NCBI GenBank assembly: GCA_043803945.1
Contig: JAZDJN010000087.1
Coordinates: 256,001-320,000 of the forward strand
Reading direction: 5' to 3'
From: a bacterium
Lineage (GTDB): Bacteria; Bacteroidota; Ignavibacteria; UBA10030
DNA: 64,000 nt
Of this stretch, positions 39,533 to 49,183 are shown one piece after another. The first letter of the stretch is position 1. Each line of letters begins with the position of its first letter. The notes below the pieces were generated by a model, which saw only the letters and a list, made by a program, of their open reading frames with translations, had not been told where the DNA came from and made no database searches. Position numbers and translations under genes: made by a program.

Positions 39533-42088
39533 CTATCTCATGATCGCCAGATAGTTGCGTTCCACGCCACCGGGATATTCCACAATATAGATGTAGAGCC
39601 CGTTGGCAACTTCCATTCCATCCTTCGAAAAGAGATCCCAGAAGAAAGTTCCATTCGTTGGATTCATAATGGTCTGTTGAAAAATAATTTGTCCTGCAAC
39701 ATCCAGGATGGTAATTTTTGAGTCAGCCGGAATGTTGTTGAACGCCACCTTGTGTTCAATGCCAACATCAAAGAGGGCTGTTCGTTTATACGGATTGGGT
39801 TTGACAAAAATCTTAGCTTTTCCACTTGCAACATCGGATGCTGCCGGCACATCGGGTGCAAGGACAAATGCAGATCCGAGGAGTTTCTGGGATGGGAGAT
39901 CCTTCGGGTAGAATGCATTGAACGAACTATTAGCAAATGGATATGTTCCCATCCATAAGCCACTTCGGCCGTTGATATTCACCTTGTGTGATTCAAGTCT
40001 TGTGGTCGTTGCACCGCCCGGTCCTGTGAATGTTCCCTCCTTGTAAGCAGAGATATAATACCAATATGTGAATCCCTGAAGCACATCGGCATCCGTATCT
40101 TCATAGGCATACTTGAAGTTGCCGCTGGTGTTTGAATATTGAGCCAGCTGTTCTTTCGGTATAACCTTGATAAGCCGATAGGGACCCCAAGAATCTGCCT
40201 GCGTGAGAGTTTGGACTTCCGAGAATGCGTCGAACTTCGGGTTGATCGGCTTTAACAAATCCGATGACGTTTCTCCCGGAGTCATTTGTTCCTGGTATCG
40301 GTCCATTCCGCGCATGCCGCCATCGATCAATTTAAATTTCGGAAACGGCTGCGCTCGCCAGATTTTATATCCCTTAAATAATGGATCGCTTTCAGCCCGC
40401 GCATCCCATCGAAGCATCGATTTTCCTGAAGGAGCACCGGCCACGGAAATAACCGGCGCTGGTGGAGGTGTTGGGAGAACCGACTCTTTGTAACCACCGG
40501 GAGCCGCACCCCAGGCATTTTCATAGGCATAACGGGCAGCCAGCATTGAGCGTTGAACACCTTCGAGTCTATAGCCACCGCCTTCAACCCAGATAATAGT
40601 AATGGACTCATTAACACCCAGTGAGAAAGGACCGACAGAGTTCATGATATCTCCGCCGAATGTATGCTCAAAAATGAATCCCTTCGTCCAGGTGCCAAAT
40701 CCTGTCGGATAGTTTGTGTTTGCATCAGCCTTTCCAGTTTCCCAGGGACCCTGGCTGAACGCTGCAACACCAACTTCCTCTGAGTACAACTTCTTGTCTC
40801 CATTTGGTCGTAAGGGACTCGCCTTCGGCACAAATGTCAAAGGATTCCCGGCTGTTCCGCTTGCGAAGAAGTTAGGATTAGGATTGAAGTCCTGTGCCGC
40901 GGCATTGTTATCTTTACCGCCGTTTTTATACCAGTTCCCCATAAAGATCTTGTGCAGGCCTTCGGGGGTACTGGACGTTGGAGGAGAATCGCCACCATTT
41001 CCTCCGATGCCGTTTCCCTGCATGACGGCATGGTACCATCCTCTTTGCGTTCCTGCGCCAATCGGGTGCGTACCAAAGATTGTCGTCTTGTCTGCGTTAG
41101 CAGGATTGCCATCCCCCTTTTTCACTGCAAGGAACGAATTGAATGTCCAGACATCGGTGTACGCTTTCAACGCCTGGGCACCATTGACACCAAGATTATA
41201 CTTTCCTGCGGCAACTGTGCGGTCAGGATTCAAACGGGTCGGATCGACGCCGGGAAACGATACCACCATATCCCAGGGATTACCGCTCGGGTCAGGATCG
41301 CCAACGTAGCCCGTGTTCCTCCCAACATTGAAGTCGTTGCCACGACCACCCGTGTTGGTCAGGTAGTACGAAATCATCGGCGTTCCATTCCATCCGAGGC
41401 AGAGTGCGTTGATTTTGTTATCGGTTTTTTCAACGACACCGTCTTTGTTTAAGTCTAATTTGCCGGTGTTCGTGAGGGTCATCTCAACAACAACGAAATC
41501 GTTAAGATTTGCCCAGTTCACAGTAAATTGCCGGCAGACCATTTTAACATCGACACCAAGAGCCGTTGGAAATCCAACTTCATAGATTGCTTGTGTTCGA
41601 CTATTAGCATCAACCCATTTTGTCAGGCGCACATAGTCCCTGATTGGATCGCCCGCTCCCGGAATTTTTGTGCCGTATGTTCCAAAAGCATAGTTCGCTT
41701 TGTTAGTGCTGACATGGGGTGTTGATGGGAAGAATGCTGGATCCGGATTGTACTCTGCGATCCTCATGTTGTGTGACCAATACTGCCCATAATTCCAGCC
41801 GCCCGGCCACATCGTTGTTGGTACGTTCCAGAGACGATTCTGGTTTCCCATGTGGACAAAGGTGTGGTTATTTACTGCGTCAGCTCCAACTTCTCGCCAC
41901 CACCTGTTGTCTGTGTATGGCGTCAGATTATCCGGCGTGAAGGCATCCCACCAATCGCCGGCCACGAACACACCTGTGCTCGCGGGTCCTGAGCCCTGTC
42001 GAGTATCAGTCTGACTGTACATCATCGATGTGAGCAACAGTATCAGACCAAGAACGACAAGTGCTTTTATTAAGTTTCTCGAAAGCAT
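39533..42088 (-). CDS. Large secreted protein with Fn3-like segment and T9SS type A-like C-terminal sorting domain
   Basis: Start reset to ATG 42088 after AAAGGAG; signal peptide; PTPPPAP...LRWD...FKGYKIWR...YWYYISAY; C-terminal VKPNPY...ITILDVAGQII...FWDL...VANGLYIYIVE. Confidence 0.8.
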   Translation of the reverse strand: MLSRNLIKALVVLGLILLLTSMMYSQTDTRQGSGPASTGVFVAGDWWDAFTPDNLTPYTDNRWWREVGADAVNNHTFVHMGNQNRLWNVPTTMWPGGWNYGQYWSHNMRIAEYNPDPAFFPSTPHVSTNKANYAFGTYGTKIPGAGDPIRDYVRLTKWVDANSRTQAIYEVGFPTALGVDVKMVCRQFTVNWANLNDFVVVEMTLTNTGKLDLNKDGVVEKTDNKINALCLGWNGTPMISYYLTNTGGRGNDFNVGRNTGYVGDPDPSGNPWDMVVSFPGVDPTRLNPDRTVAAGKYNLGVNGAQALKAYTDVWTFNSFLAVKKGDGNPANADKTTIFGTHPIGAGTQRGWYHAVMQGNGIGGNGGDSPPTSSTPEGLHKIFMGNWYKNGGKDNNAAAQDFNPNPNFFASGTAGNPLTFVPKASPLRPNGDKKLYSEEVGVAAFSQGPWETGKADANTNYPTGFGTWTKGFIFEHTFGGDIMNSVGPFSLGVNESITIIWVEGGGYRLEGVQRSMLAARYAYENAWGAAPGGYKESVLPTPPPAPVISVAGAPSGKSMLRWDARAESDPLFKGYKIWRAQPFPKFKLIDGGMRGMDRYQEQMTPGETSSDLLKPINPKFDAFSEVQTLTQADSWGPYRLIKVIPKEQLAQYSNTSGNFKYAYEDTDADVLQGFTYWYYISAYKEGTFTGPGGATTTRLESHKVNINGRSGLWMGTYPFANSSFNAFYPKDLPSQKLLGSAFVLAPDVPAASDVASGKAKIFVKPNPYKRTALFDVGIEHKVAFNNIPADSKITILDVAGQIIFQQTIMNPTNGTFFWDLFSKDGMEVANGLYIYIVEYPGGVERNYLAIMR

Positions 42089-42125
42089 AATGTAATCTCC
42101 TTTGATTTGGTTGACACGTTGCATG

Positions 42126-45116
42126 TTAGAACTCAAAGTACGCTCCGACGTAAACTTGTCGAGGCAGGTCGTAAACGCTCGTGCCCTCCTCAAGAATAAT
42201 CCGGTTATATTCCCCTGTTGGATCACCCGTTTGATAAAACTTTAACGTGCTGGCTCCCGTTGCAGTTGCATACCCAAGGATGTTCATCTTATTGAAGAGA
42301 TTCTTCACATCCATGAAGATACCCAGACGCTTGCCGGCAAAGGTAAAGCCTTTTTCGAGCCGCACGTCGACCATACTATTCGAAGGAGCGGTCTCAAGCT
42401 GGCGGGCTGTCCGGTTGTCCACTGTGGGATTTGTATACAGGAAGCCGCTTGTGTAAGTTCCAACAACATTAAAGATGACTTCGTACGGGAACTGGAACGA
42501 GAGGACATATCCCAACCGATGTGTGCGATCAAACCCTTGACCGAGCACGGAGCTTCCACCGCCTACGTTGATCTCGTACTGCTTGAAGTACTTTGCATCA
42601 CCAAAGGGAAGCTGTGTGAAGATACTGTCGGCGGTGTTTCGTGCAAATGCCGTCTTGTTCGCAGCACCACCTGCCCCTGCTTTGATGACACTCCATGCAT
42701 AATTAACACGACCAGTCAGTCGTACGATATCCATGAGCGAGTACTGACCGATGTTCAGCGTCAACTCAACTCCTCGTGCATCAGCATATCCGGAGTTAAA
42801 GTATACATTATACGTCGTCACGGTCTGACCCTGGAGACTTTGCAGGGTATAGGCGTACCGTTGGAAATTTTCCACTTCTCTGAAATATGCGTTCGCGTTC
42901 AGGGAAATGCGCGGCAAGAACTCCCAGCTTGTTCCGAATTCATAGTTTGTCGATTTATATGGATCTTGATCGACGCGGAATTGGTTCGGCAGAGAGGGAT
43001 TGTTCACATTGGCATATCCCGTATAGATTTGAGAGAATGGAAGGGGCTGGCTTGAGTGAGAGAAGGAAAAGTACATTGTCGCTGTTTCCGTTATCGGATG
43101 ACTTACTCCAATCCTCGGTGAGAAGAACCACTTCATCTTCACGTTGCTCCCCCGATATGGCACGAAGGACGATCGTGGTCCGACATTATAGCTACCGGTA
43201 GCAGGATTCATATATGGCGTGTAGAAGTTTGCCATTTCCGCTGCGTCAGGATCGAATCCATCAACCCTGGCACCAATATTCATGATCAGGCCAGCAAACT
43301 CAATCCTGTCTTGAGCGTAGAATCCCATCTCCATCGGTTTCTTGTCGTATTGCTCAAGCAACACACCGATCGCAGGATTGATGTCCGTCGGAGAAATAAC
43401 TGTTGAGCGCCTGTCCTGCTTTACGCTGTGCAGCCGAAATTGAGCACCGGCTCGCAATTGATGGTTTGCCGTAACCTGGCTTGTGAAATCTGCTTTCAGT
43501 GTTGTTGTACTCGTCTGTAGATTCTCATAATAGTAGGTGGGACTCGCAAGAACATTGCCGCCACCAAAGATGGTGGTAATTGTCGGGTCAAGGCCTTGGG
43601 TATCATCATTGTTATTATTGAAGAACTTGCCGGTACCGATTCCACCTATGTAGAGCCTGACTTTCGTTGTGTCAAAGCCAAGAGCAAGGAAATCCGCCGA
43701 GCCATTCGTTTGGTCATACTTGTCGGGAATCCCATCTCCATTGGTATCGGTGAAAGCATCGAGGAAGCCAACACGGCTCGACTTGGAAACGTTGCTTACC
43801 TGAACCTCGTAGAAGGTTTCAGGTGCAAGGAAATGGGTAAACTTTGCACTTCCAACCAAAGAGTATCCGTCGTAGACCGGCACTCCTTCAAGGAAAAATC
43901 GAGAAGCATCATTGTACTGTCTGTTCTTCCAGCCAAAGATTTGTCCTCGATCCTGCAGCACTCCGGTAACACTAAGTTTCATGCTCTTCGTGAAATCATA
44001 ATTCGCTTTCAACGTAATATTCGCTTCCCGCGAAAATTCGTTAGGCATGAATCCATGCGTATCGAATAGTCTACCTGTAAAAAAGAGGCCAAAGTTTTCC
44101 ATAATCGATCCACCGATTGCAGCTTCAGCTTCATACGTTGGTGACTCTCCCGTGGCATACGTGTGGTCGGGCGACCAGATATATCGAGCGCCCTTCGCAT
44201 TGTTCGCGGCTAAGAGAGTCCGTTTGTTTGTGAGGTACTTTGCGGTGTCGTTCGCCGGATAGAACTGGGGCCCGAAATAACTGGCACCCTTCATGAACCG
44301 ATCAAAGCCTCCACCACCCGATCGGAAAAACACACGACCTGTCCAGTCCCCGCGTCCTTCACGGAGATTTGCACTGTATACACCCGCCGATGCTGCAGAA
44401 TACTCGGCGTTTGCAGCTCCGGCAATGACGTTGAGTTCTGACAGGCTTGATGCGTTCAAGTTAACAGACGATCCGTTGGCTTCGTAGGGCTTAGTGACCC
44501 GATTATATCGTGTAGCAGGAGTGTTATCGAGGTTGCCCGCCAGGTTGTCGGTGACGACCTGCCGAAACTGATCGGTGACATCGACTCCATCCAGCAGGGT
44601 CTTTGTCTCTTCTCGTTGACTACCTCGAATTCGACCCTTAAAGACGCTCGCCGTAGTGTTCAATAGTTCCTGAACAGAAAGAGAAGGAAGACCGGTAAGC
44701 TCGTTCGTCGAGATGACGGTTCTCGTAGAGGTAAGTGTCTTATCCACAAGCTTACGTTCAGCATCGATAACAACTTCTTTTAGTCCTACCGCTTCTGCAC
44801 GAAGAGAAAAGTCTATTGTCACTGTTTGGTCGGAGTTCACACGGACATTTCGAAAGGTTTGTGGAACGTACCCAACAGCCGACGCCTTTACTGTATACGT
44901 ACCCGGGGGTACGTTCAGGATATAATAGGCACCATTCACATCTGCAGCCGCGCCTAACAATGTCCCTTCAAGCATCACATTTGCGCCGACTACTGCTTCA
45001 CCCGTCGCGGCGTCTTTCACAACCCCGGTGATCTTACCGTTTCCTCCAGATATCAGAATCAACGGCACCATCACGAGACATATCAGTAGGAGAACTTTGC
45101 ACCAAGTGTATCGCAT
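42126..45116 (-). CDS. TonB-dependent receptor with N-terminal carboxypeptidase-regulatory-like domain
   Basis: GKITGVVKDAATGEAVVGANV, IRGS..EE...LDGV plug motif, FSPRIGVSHPI, KNLFN, C-terminal YFEF. Confidence 0.9.
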   Translation of the reverse strand: MRYTWCKVLLLICLVMVPLILISGGNGKITGVVKDAATGEAVVGANVMLEGTLLGAAADVNGAYYILNVPPGTYTVKASAVGYVPQTFRNVRVNSDQTVTIDFSLRAEAVGLKEVVIDAERKLVDKTLTSTRTVISTNELTGLPSLSVQELLNTTASVFKGRIRGSQREETKTLLDGVDVTDQFRQVVTDNLAGNLDNTPATRYNRVTKPYEANGSSVNLNASSLSELNVIAGAANAEYSAASAGVYSANLREGRGDWTGRVFFRSGGGGFDRFMKGASYFGPQFYPANDTAKYLTNKRTLLAANNAKGARYIWSPDHTYATGESPTYEAEAAIGGSIMENFGLFFTGRLFDTHGFMPNEFSREANITLKANYDFTKSMKLSVTGVLQDRGQIFGWKNRQYNDASRFFLEGVPVYDGYSLVGSAKFTHFLAPETFYEVQVSNVSKSSRVGFLDAFTDTNGDGIPDKYDQTNGSADFLALGFDTTKVRLYIGGIGTGKFFNNNNDDTQGLDPTITTIFGGGNVLASPTYYYENLQTSTTTLKADFTSQVTANHQLRAGAQFRLHSVKQDRRSTVISPTDINPAIGVLLEQYDKKPMEMGFYAQDRIEFAGLIMNIGARVDGFDPDAAEMANFYTPYMNPATGSYNVGPRSSFVPYRGSNVKMKWFFSPRIGVSHPITETATMYFSFSHSSQPLPFSQIYTGYANVNNPSLPNQFRVDQDPYKSTNYEFGTSWEFLPRISLNANAYFREVENFQRYAYTLQSLQGQTVTTYNVYFNSGYADARGVELTLNIGQYSLMDIVRLTGRVNYAWSVIKAGAGGAANKTAFARNTADSIFTQLPFGDAKYFKQYEINVGGGSSVLGQGFDRTHRLGYVLSFQFPYEVIFNVVGTYTSGFLYTNPTVDNRTARQLETAPSNSMVDVRLEKGFTFAGKRLGIFMDVKNLFNKMNILGYATATGASTLKFYQTGDPTGEYNRIILEEGTSVYDLPRQVYVGAYFEF

Positions 45117-45569
45117 GATGTTGCTCCTTGTATGAGAAATGAGTAAAGTGGATTAATAAAAACGTGTTGTCGCAGGAAAGAATCAGTATCAATGGTTGTG
45201 TTCGACACCGTAAGGCACGTCTCTCTGATACGTTGCTCATCACGTTGTCTGTTGTATCTACCCTCCTTACTCTCATGTAGAGTTTGTTCGTGGCTGTTGA
45301 TTACTGATCGTACTTTGTGCAGCACAGCGTTCCTATCGGCAAAACGCCGTTCTGCTTTATCGACATCAACTGAAATGTTGCGTGGGGCTGAATAAAGATT
45401 CACAATGGTCCGGATGCAGAGAACGAGAACTCAATTCTGTTATTCCGTGCCATGTGATTCGATGGATCATAGTACCAACGACTTCTTGTTGATTACGATT
45501 TTGTTTCTTTAGTCACCGCCACAGGGTAAGGAAGCGCACTCATATTGGAAGTCATGAATAACGAGCGGC

Positions 45570-45631
45570 TTTCATTAGTGAAACAGGGTTTAATACTGGC
45601 TCAGTATAGATTTTTTTCAGACTATTGTCAA
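45570..45631 (-). promoter_or_regulatory. Sigma70-type promoter and candidate operators for the TBDR operon
   Basis: TTGACA (45631-45626), 17 nt, TATACT (45608-45603); palindromes atactggctcagtat (45593-45607) and tttcattagtgaaa (45570-45583). Confidence 0.7.
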
Positions 45632-45755
45632 GCAGAAACTCTGAATGGGCGGGATCTTATCATCAAAAATAGGATTGTCTTATCTTTTATCCCTCATCCT
45701 TTTCCTTCAACGGGAAAATCTTGTACATTGCGATAGAGGACCGGTTGAAAAGTCC

Positions 45756-45851
45756 GCCACAGAGAAACAGAGTTCACTGAGATCGATAAATGTGTGTTAT
45801 CTCCATAATATTTCAAAACGATGACCTCTGTGTCCTCTGTGACTCGGTGGC
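45756..45851. repeat. Inverted repeat built of cacagag/ctctgtg sub-repeats
   Basis: gccacagagaaacagagttcactgag ... ctctgtgtcctctgtgactcggtggc. Confidence 0.6.
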
Positions 45852-45902
45852 AAAGTCACTTTTCGACCAGATTCTTAGAAAGAATTACTACGGCACACTT
45901 TT

Positions 45903-48353
45903 ATGAATGTTCTTCAACGTCTCTTAATCCAATTGCTCAGGTTGAGCCTCTTGCTGCCGACTCTGGCCTTCTCCCAGGAAGCTCAAACAACCGAACTTAT
46001 CATGCTCCTTACCGGCAATACCTTCGGCTATTTTGATGTAACCCCCATAGGGAACGACATCGCAGGCGGTGTTATCCGCCGGAAGACTGTCATCGATCAA
46101 CTCCGGCAGCAGATTGGTTCAAACCATATGCTTCTTCTCGATGCAGGCAATATGATGGGATATTATTATCTCCTGCGAGGCGATCGGGGGTTGTCCATGA
46201 TTCAAGCCATGCGAACGATCGGGTACGATGCAATTACTGTCGGGAATCACGAGTTCGATTATGGGAAGGAGCCGCTCCTCTCCTATACTCAACCGCCCTA
46301 TAACCTTGACATTGTCTGTGGCAATATCCTGAAGCAATCTTCTAATGAAACATTCTTGCCCTCATTTCACATCGTTCAAAAAGCCAATGGCGTCAAAGTC
46401 GCAATTCTCGGATTGACCGATCCGGAGATTGAAGCTGCAACACTGCGCCAAAACTTCGCCGGACTTTCAATGACCGACCCGGTCAGCATTGCACGAACAT
46501 TACTGCCGAAACTTAGAAATGAAGCCGATATCGTCATTGCGCTGACCTATCTCAAACCCGACGATGCCTACCGCCTTGCATCACAGGTCCCCGGATTCGA
46601 TGTCATCGTTACTCGTGCCGACAGTGCAAGCGCCTCAACTGCTGTCCGCCGTGAAGCAATAGGAGAAGGAGAGCAAACGCTGATTGTCACACCGGTCTCT
46701 CTTGGCAAGGCGCTCAGCAGGGTACATCTGAATTTCGATCATGCCCGACGCCGTTGTACGGCATCGCTGCAGACAGCCATCCCGATTACAGCAGAGTTAC
46801 CGGGCGACCCTGATTTTGCCACACAACTGACTGTAGGAGGAGAACAGGAATACTACGAATACTGCCGCAGAACGTATGGTATGAATCCCGACGATCCCGT
46901 GTTGATTGTGGATGAAGACTTCACCAATGATGATTTAATTCAGGTGATTCTGAATGTGTTTCTCCGGCAAACAGGGGCGGAAATTGCATTGCTTAACAAC
47001 TCCCTCTTCCGCTTCGACGGTATTGAATTCTCTCCCGCCGGGGATGATCTCCGGTATCGAAAAATCTCTCTTCGCCACCTGGAACAAATCCTTTGGACAG
47101 AAAATGAATTGGTAACAATGAGGTTGACCGGGCAGCAGCTTGCGGCACTCCAGGCAAGAAGTAAAAGCAATCAGAGCGCCGGCAGAAACAATTACCTTCA
47201 GCATGTTCAGGTGACCATTGCCGGCAACGATGAGTGGTTCATCCATAACGCTCCCTTGCAGCAAAAGAGTCCACCGGAATATTACCGTGTTGTCACAACA
47301 AATTTTCTTGCCGGCGGCGGCGATGGGTATCTGCCGTTCCGTGAAGGACAGGATGTCGGCCTAAAGTTTTCCGGCATGGAGATTCCTGTTCCATCGGAGA
47401 ACGGATATCCTATCAACATAAGAAAGTTTATCGTCCGTCTTCTTCGAACAACCTTTGATCTGCGGCGCCCTGTCTCGAGAAATGCCACTTCCCTTGTTGA
47501 CAATGGATACCGCTCGAGACAATTATGGCGTTTCACGCTTTCCCGTCTTCAATTGAGTTATTCTGCAGGTCAATACCGTGCCGCCGGCGGTTATAGCAAC
47601 GTTGGACTCACGGAGCTCCGCGGCAAAGACTTTTCGCGGATTGTGTATGAGGCAGATGTGCGCCTCAAGCAGGAGTCCGATCTGCTCATCTGGGATAACC
47701 GGCTCTTTGCCGCCTTCGGGCAATCGCATGTTGTGGAGCAACCAATTCAGGAAATTACCGACGACCTTTTCTTCGAATCGGTGGTAAATTTTCGTTCATC
47801 GAAAGCGACACGGGATATCACGATCTATCCTTCGGCAAGCTTACGGTATGATACCGAGATCACCAGGCAGGAAATCCGGCAAACCATCGAGGGTGAAACC
47901 CTATCGACATTCCTGCAGCGACAACAGGATATCACGCTCGGCGCCGGTGTCGCGTTTTCTGATTTCTCCGGGTTCAGCAGAACGCGGGTGACGCTGACAC
48001 AGACATTCGATCGCTCAAAGAACCCAAGGCCGGACCAGAACGGTATCAATATCCAGACGGCGTACAGCACTCAGCTCTCGACGGCATTTTTCAGAACAGA
48101 GTTTGACGGAACGTACTACATCAGGCAATCGCGGTCATCGGGCGATACACGCCGGCTGTTGATCCGCTGGAGGAGCGATCTTTCAATCCCGCTTGGACGT
48201 TTCTACCTTGCTCCATCGCTTAACATGTTTATTTTTCAAGGACAACAAAGCACAATTCCAAACCAGTCGCCGCAGGTTGCTACCGCCATTGTGCTTGGTG
48301 TAACACTCGGCTATTCATTCGACTGGAAAATGCAATATGAATCCCTGTTCTGA
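45903..48353 (+). CDS. 5'-nucleotidase/metallophosphoesterase-like domains (degenerate) fused to a C-terminal beta-barrel-like region
   Basis: LLLDAGN, GYDAITVGNHEFDYG, YRVVTTNFLAGGGDGY; last ~270 aa are amphipathic beta-strands. Confidence 0.7.
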   Translation: MNVLQRLLIQLLRLSLLLPTLAFSQEAQTTELIMLLTGNTFGYFDVTPIGNDIAGGVIRRKTVIDQLRQQIGSNHMLLLDAGNMMGYYYLLRGDRGLSMIQAMRTIGYDAITVGNHEFDYGKEPLLSYTQPPYNLDIVCGNILKQSSNETFLPSFHIVQKANGVKVAILGLTDPEIEAATLRQNFAGLSMTDPVSIARTLLPKLRNEADIVIALTYLKPDDAYRLASQVPGFDVIVTRADSASASTAVRREAIGEGEQTLIVTPVSLGKALSRVHLNFDHARRRCTASLQTAIPITAELPGDPDFATQLTVGGEQEYYEYCRRTYGMNPDDPVLIVDEDFTNDDLIQVILNVFLRQTGAEIALLNNSLFRFDGIEFSPAGDDLRYRKISLRHLEQILWTENELVTMRLTGQQLAALQARSKSNQSAGRNNYLQHVQVTIAGNDEWFIHNAPLQQKSPPEYYRVVTTNFLAGGGDGYLPFREGQDVGLKFSGMEIPVPSENGYPINIRKFIVRLLRTTFDLRRPVSRNATSLVDNGYRSRQLWRFTLSRLQLSYSAGQYRAAGGYSNVGLTELRGKDFSRIVYEADVRLKQESDLLIWDNRLFAAFGQSHVVEQPIQEITDDLFFESVVNFRSSKATRDITIYPSASLRYDTEITRQEIRQTIEGETLSTFLQRQQDITLGAGVAFSDFSGFSRTRVTLTQTFDRSKNPRPDQNGINIQTAYSTQLSTAFFRTEFDGTYYIRQSRSSGDTRRLLIRWRSDLSIPLGRFYLAPSLNMFIFQGQQSTIPNQSPQVATAIVLGVTLGYSFDWKMQYESLF

Positions 48354-48421
48354 TCCCTCCAGAACGAAACCCATCATCCGGAGGAACCGTAAGGGATACA
48401 AGCCACAGATTAATCACTGAG

Positions 48422-49150
48422 ATGAGTAATGCCATGAAAAACTGTCTTACTATGACGCTCCTTGCGCTGATGGTTCTACCGCTTTGCCAGGCTGACGCAC
48501 AAAAATTCCAGGGCGGATTGTCTTTTCTTCTTGGCGTCCCCAAAGGAGAGTTCCGCAAGAATATGAATAATACCGGCTACGGGATTTCAGGAGAGATCGG
48601 ATTTGCTCCTCAAAAAAATCCTTATATGATCGGGATCGACGTGAGTTTTATGAACTACGGCATGGAAGAACGGCAGGAGCCATTCAGCACTACAATCCCC
48701 GATGTCACCGTCAATGTCGAATCACAAAACAATATCGTTCTGAGCCATCTGTTTCTACGGCTCCAGCCAAACACCGGCTCCGTCCGGCCTTACCTTGAAG
48801 GTGCTGTCGGGCTGAAATATCTCTTTACACAAACCACCATCAAGAATCAGGGGCATGCGAATGAAGAAATTGCCAGTTCGACAAACCTCGACGATATCGC
48901 TTTCAGTTACGGAGGAGGTGCCGGCATTATGGTGAGACTCTTCCGCAGCAACGACGATGAAGATCGCAAGCTCCCCTTCCGGTTCTCGGATGCCCTTCTC
49001 GACATTCGTGTTCGCTATCTTGCCGGAGCAGAGGCGGAGTATTTGAAAGAAGGATCGATCCGCCGTGAAGCCGGCCGTGTGGTGTACGACGTGCAGACAT
49101 CGAAGACCGAGCTTATGGGGATTCACATCGGTCTGGCGGTCACTTTCTAA
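48422..49150 (+). CDS. Small outer-membrane beta-barrel protein
   Basis: Signal peptide; VRPYLEGAVG, FSYGGGAGI; C-terminal GLAVTF. Confidence 0.75.
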   Translation: MSNAMKNCLTMTLLALMVLPLCQADAQKFQGGLSFLLGVPKGEFRKNMNNTGYGISGEIGFAPQKNPYMIGIDVSFMNYGMEERQEPFSTTIPDVTVNVESQNNIVLSHLFLRLQPNTGSVRPYLEGAVGLKYLFTQTTIKNQGHANEEIASSTNLDDIAFSYGGGAGIMVRLFRSNDDEDRKLPFRFSDALLDIRVRYLAGAEAEYLKEGSIRREAGRVVYDVQTSKTELMGIHIGLAVTF

Positions 49151-49183
49151 TTCCCTGTTTCAGCGTGAACCTTCACCGGCAGA

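Noticed and set aside
45083-45403. 106-aa ORF in the TBDR leader
   Set aside because: No RBS or motif and overlaps the TBDR start out of frame; no riboswitch consensus recognised either.
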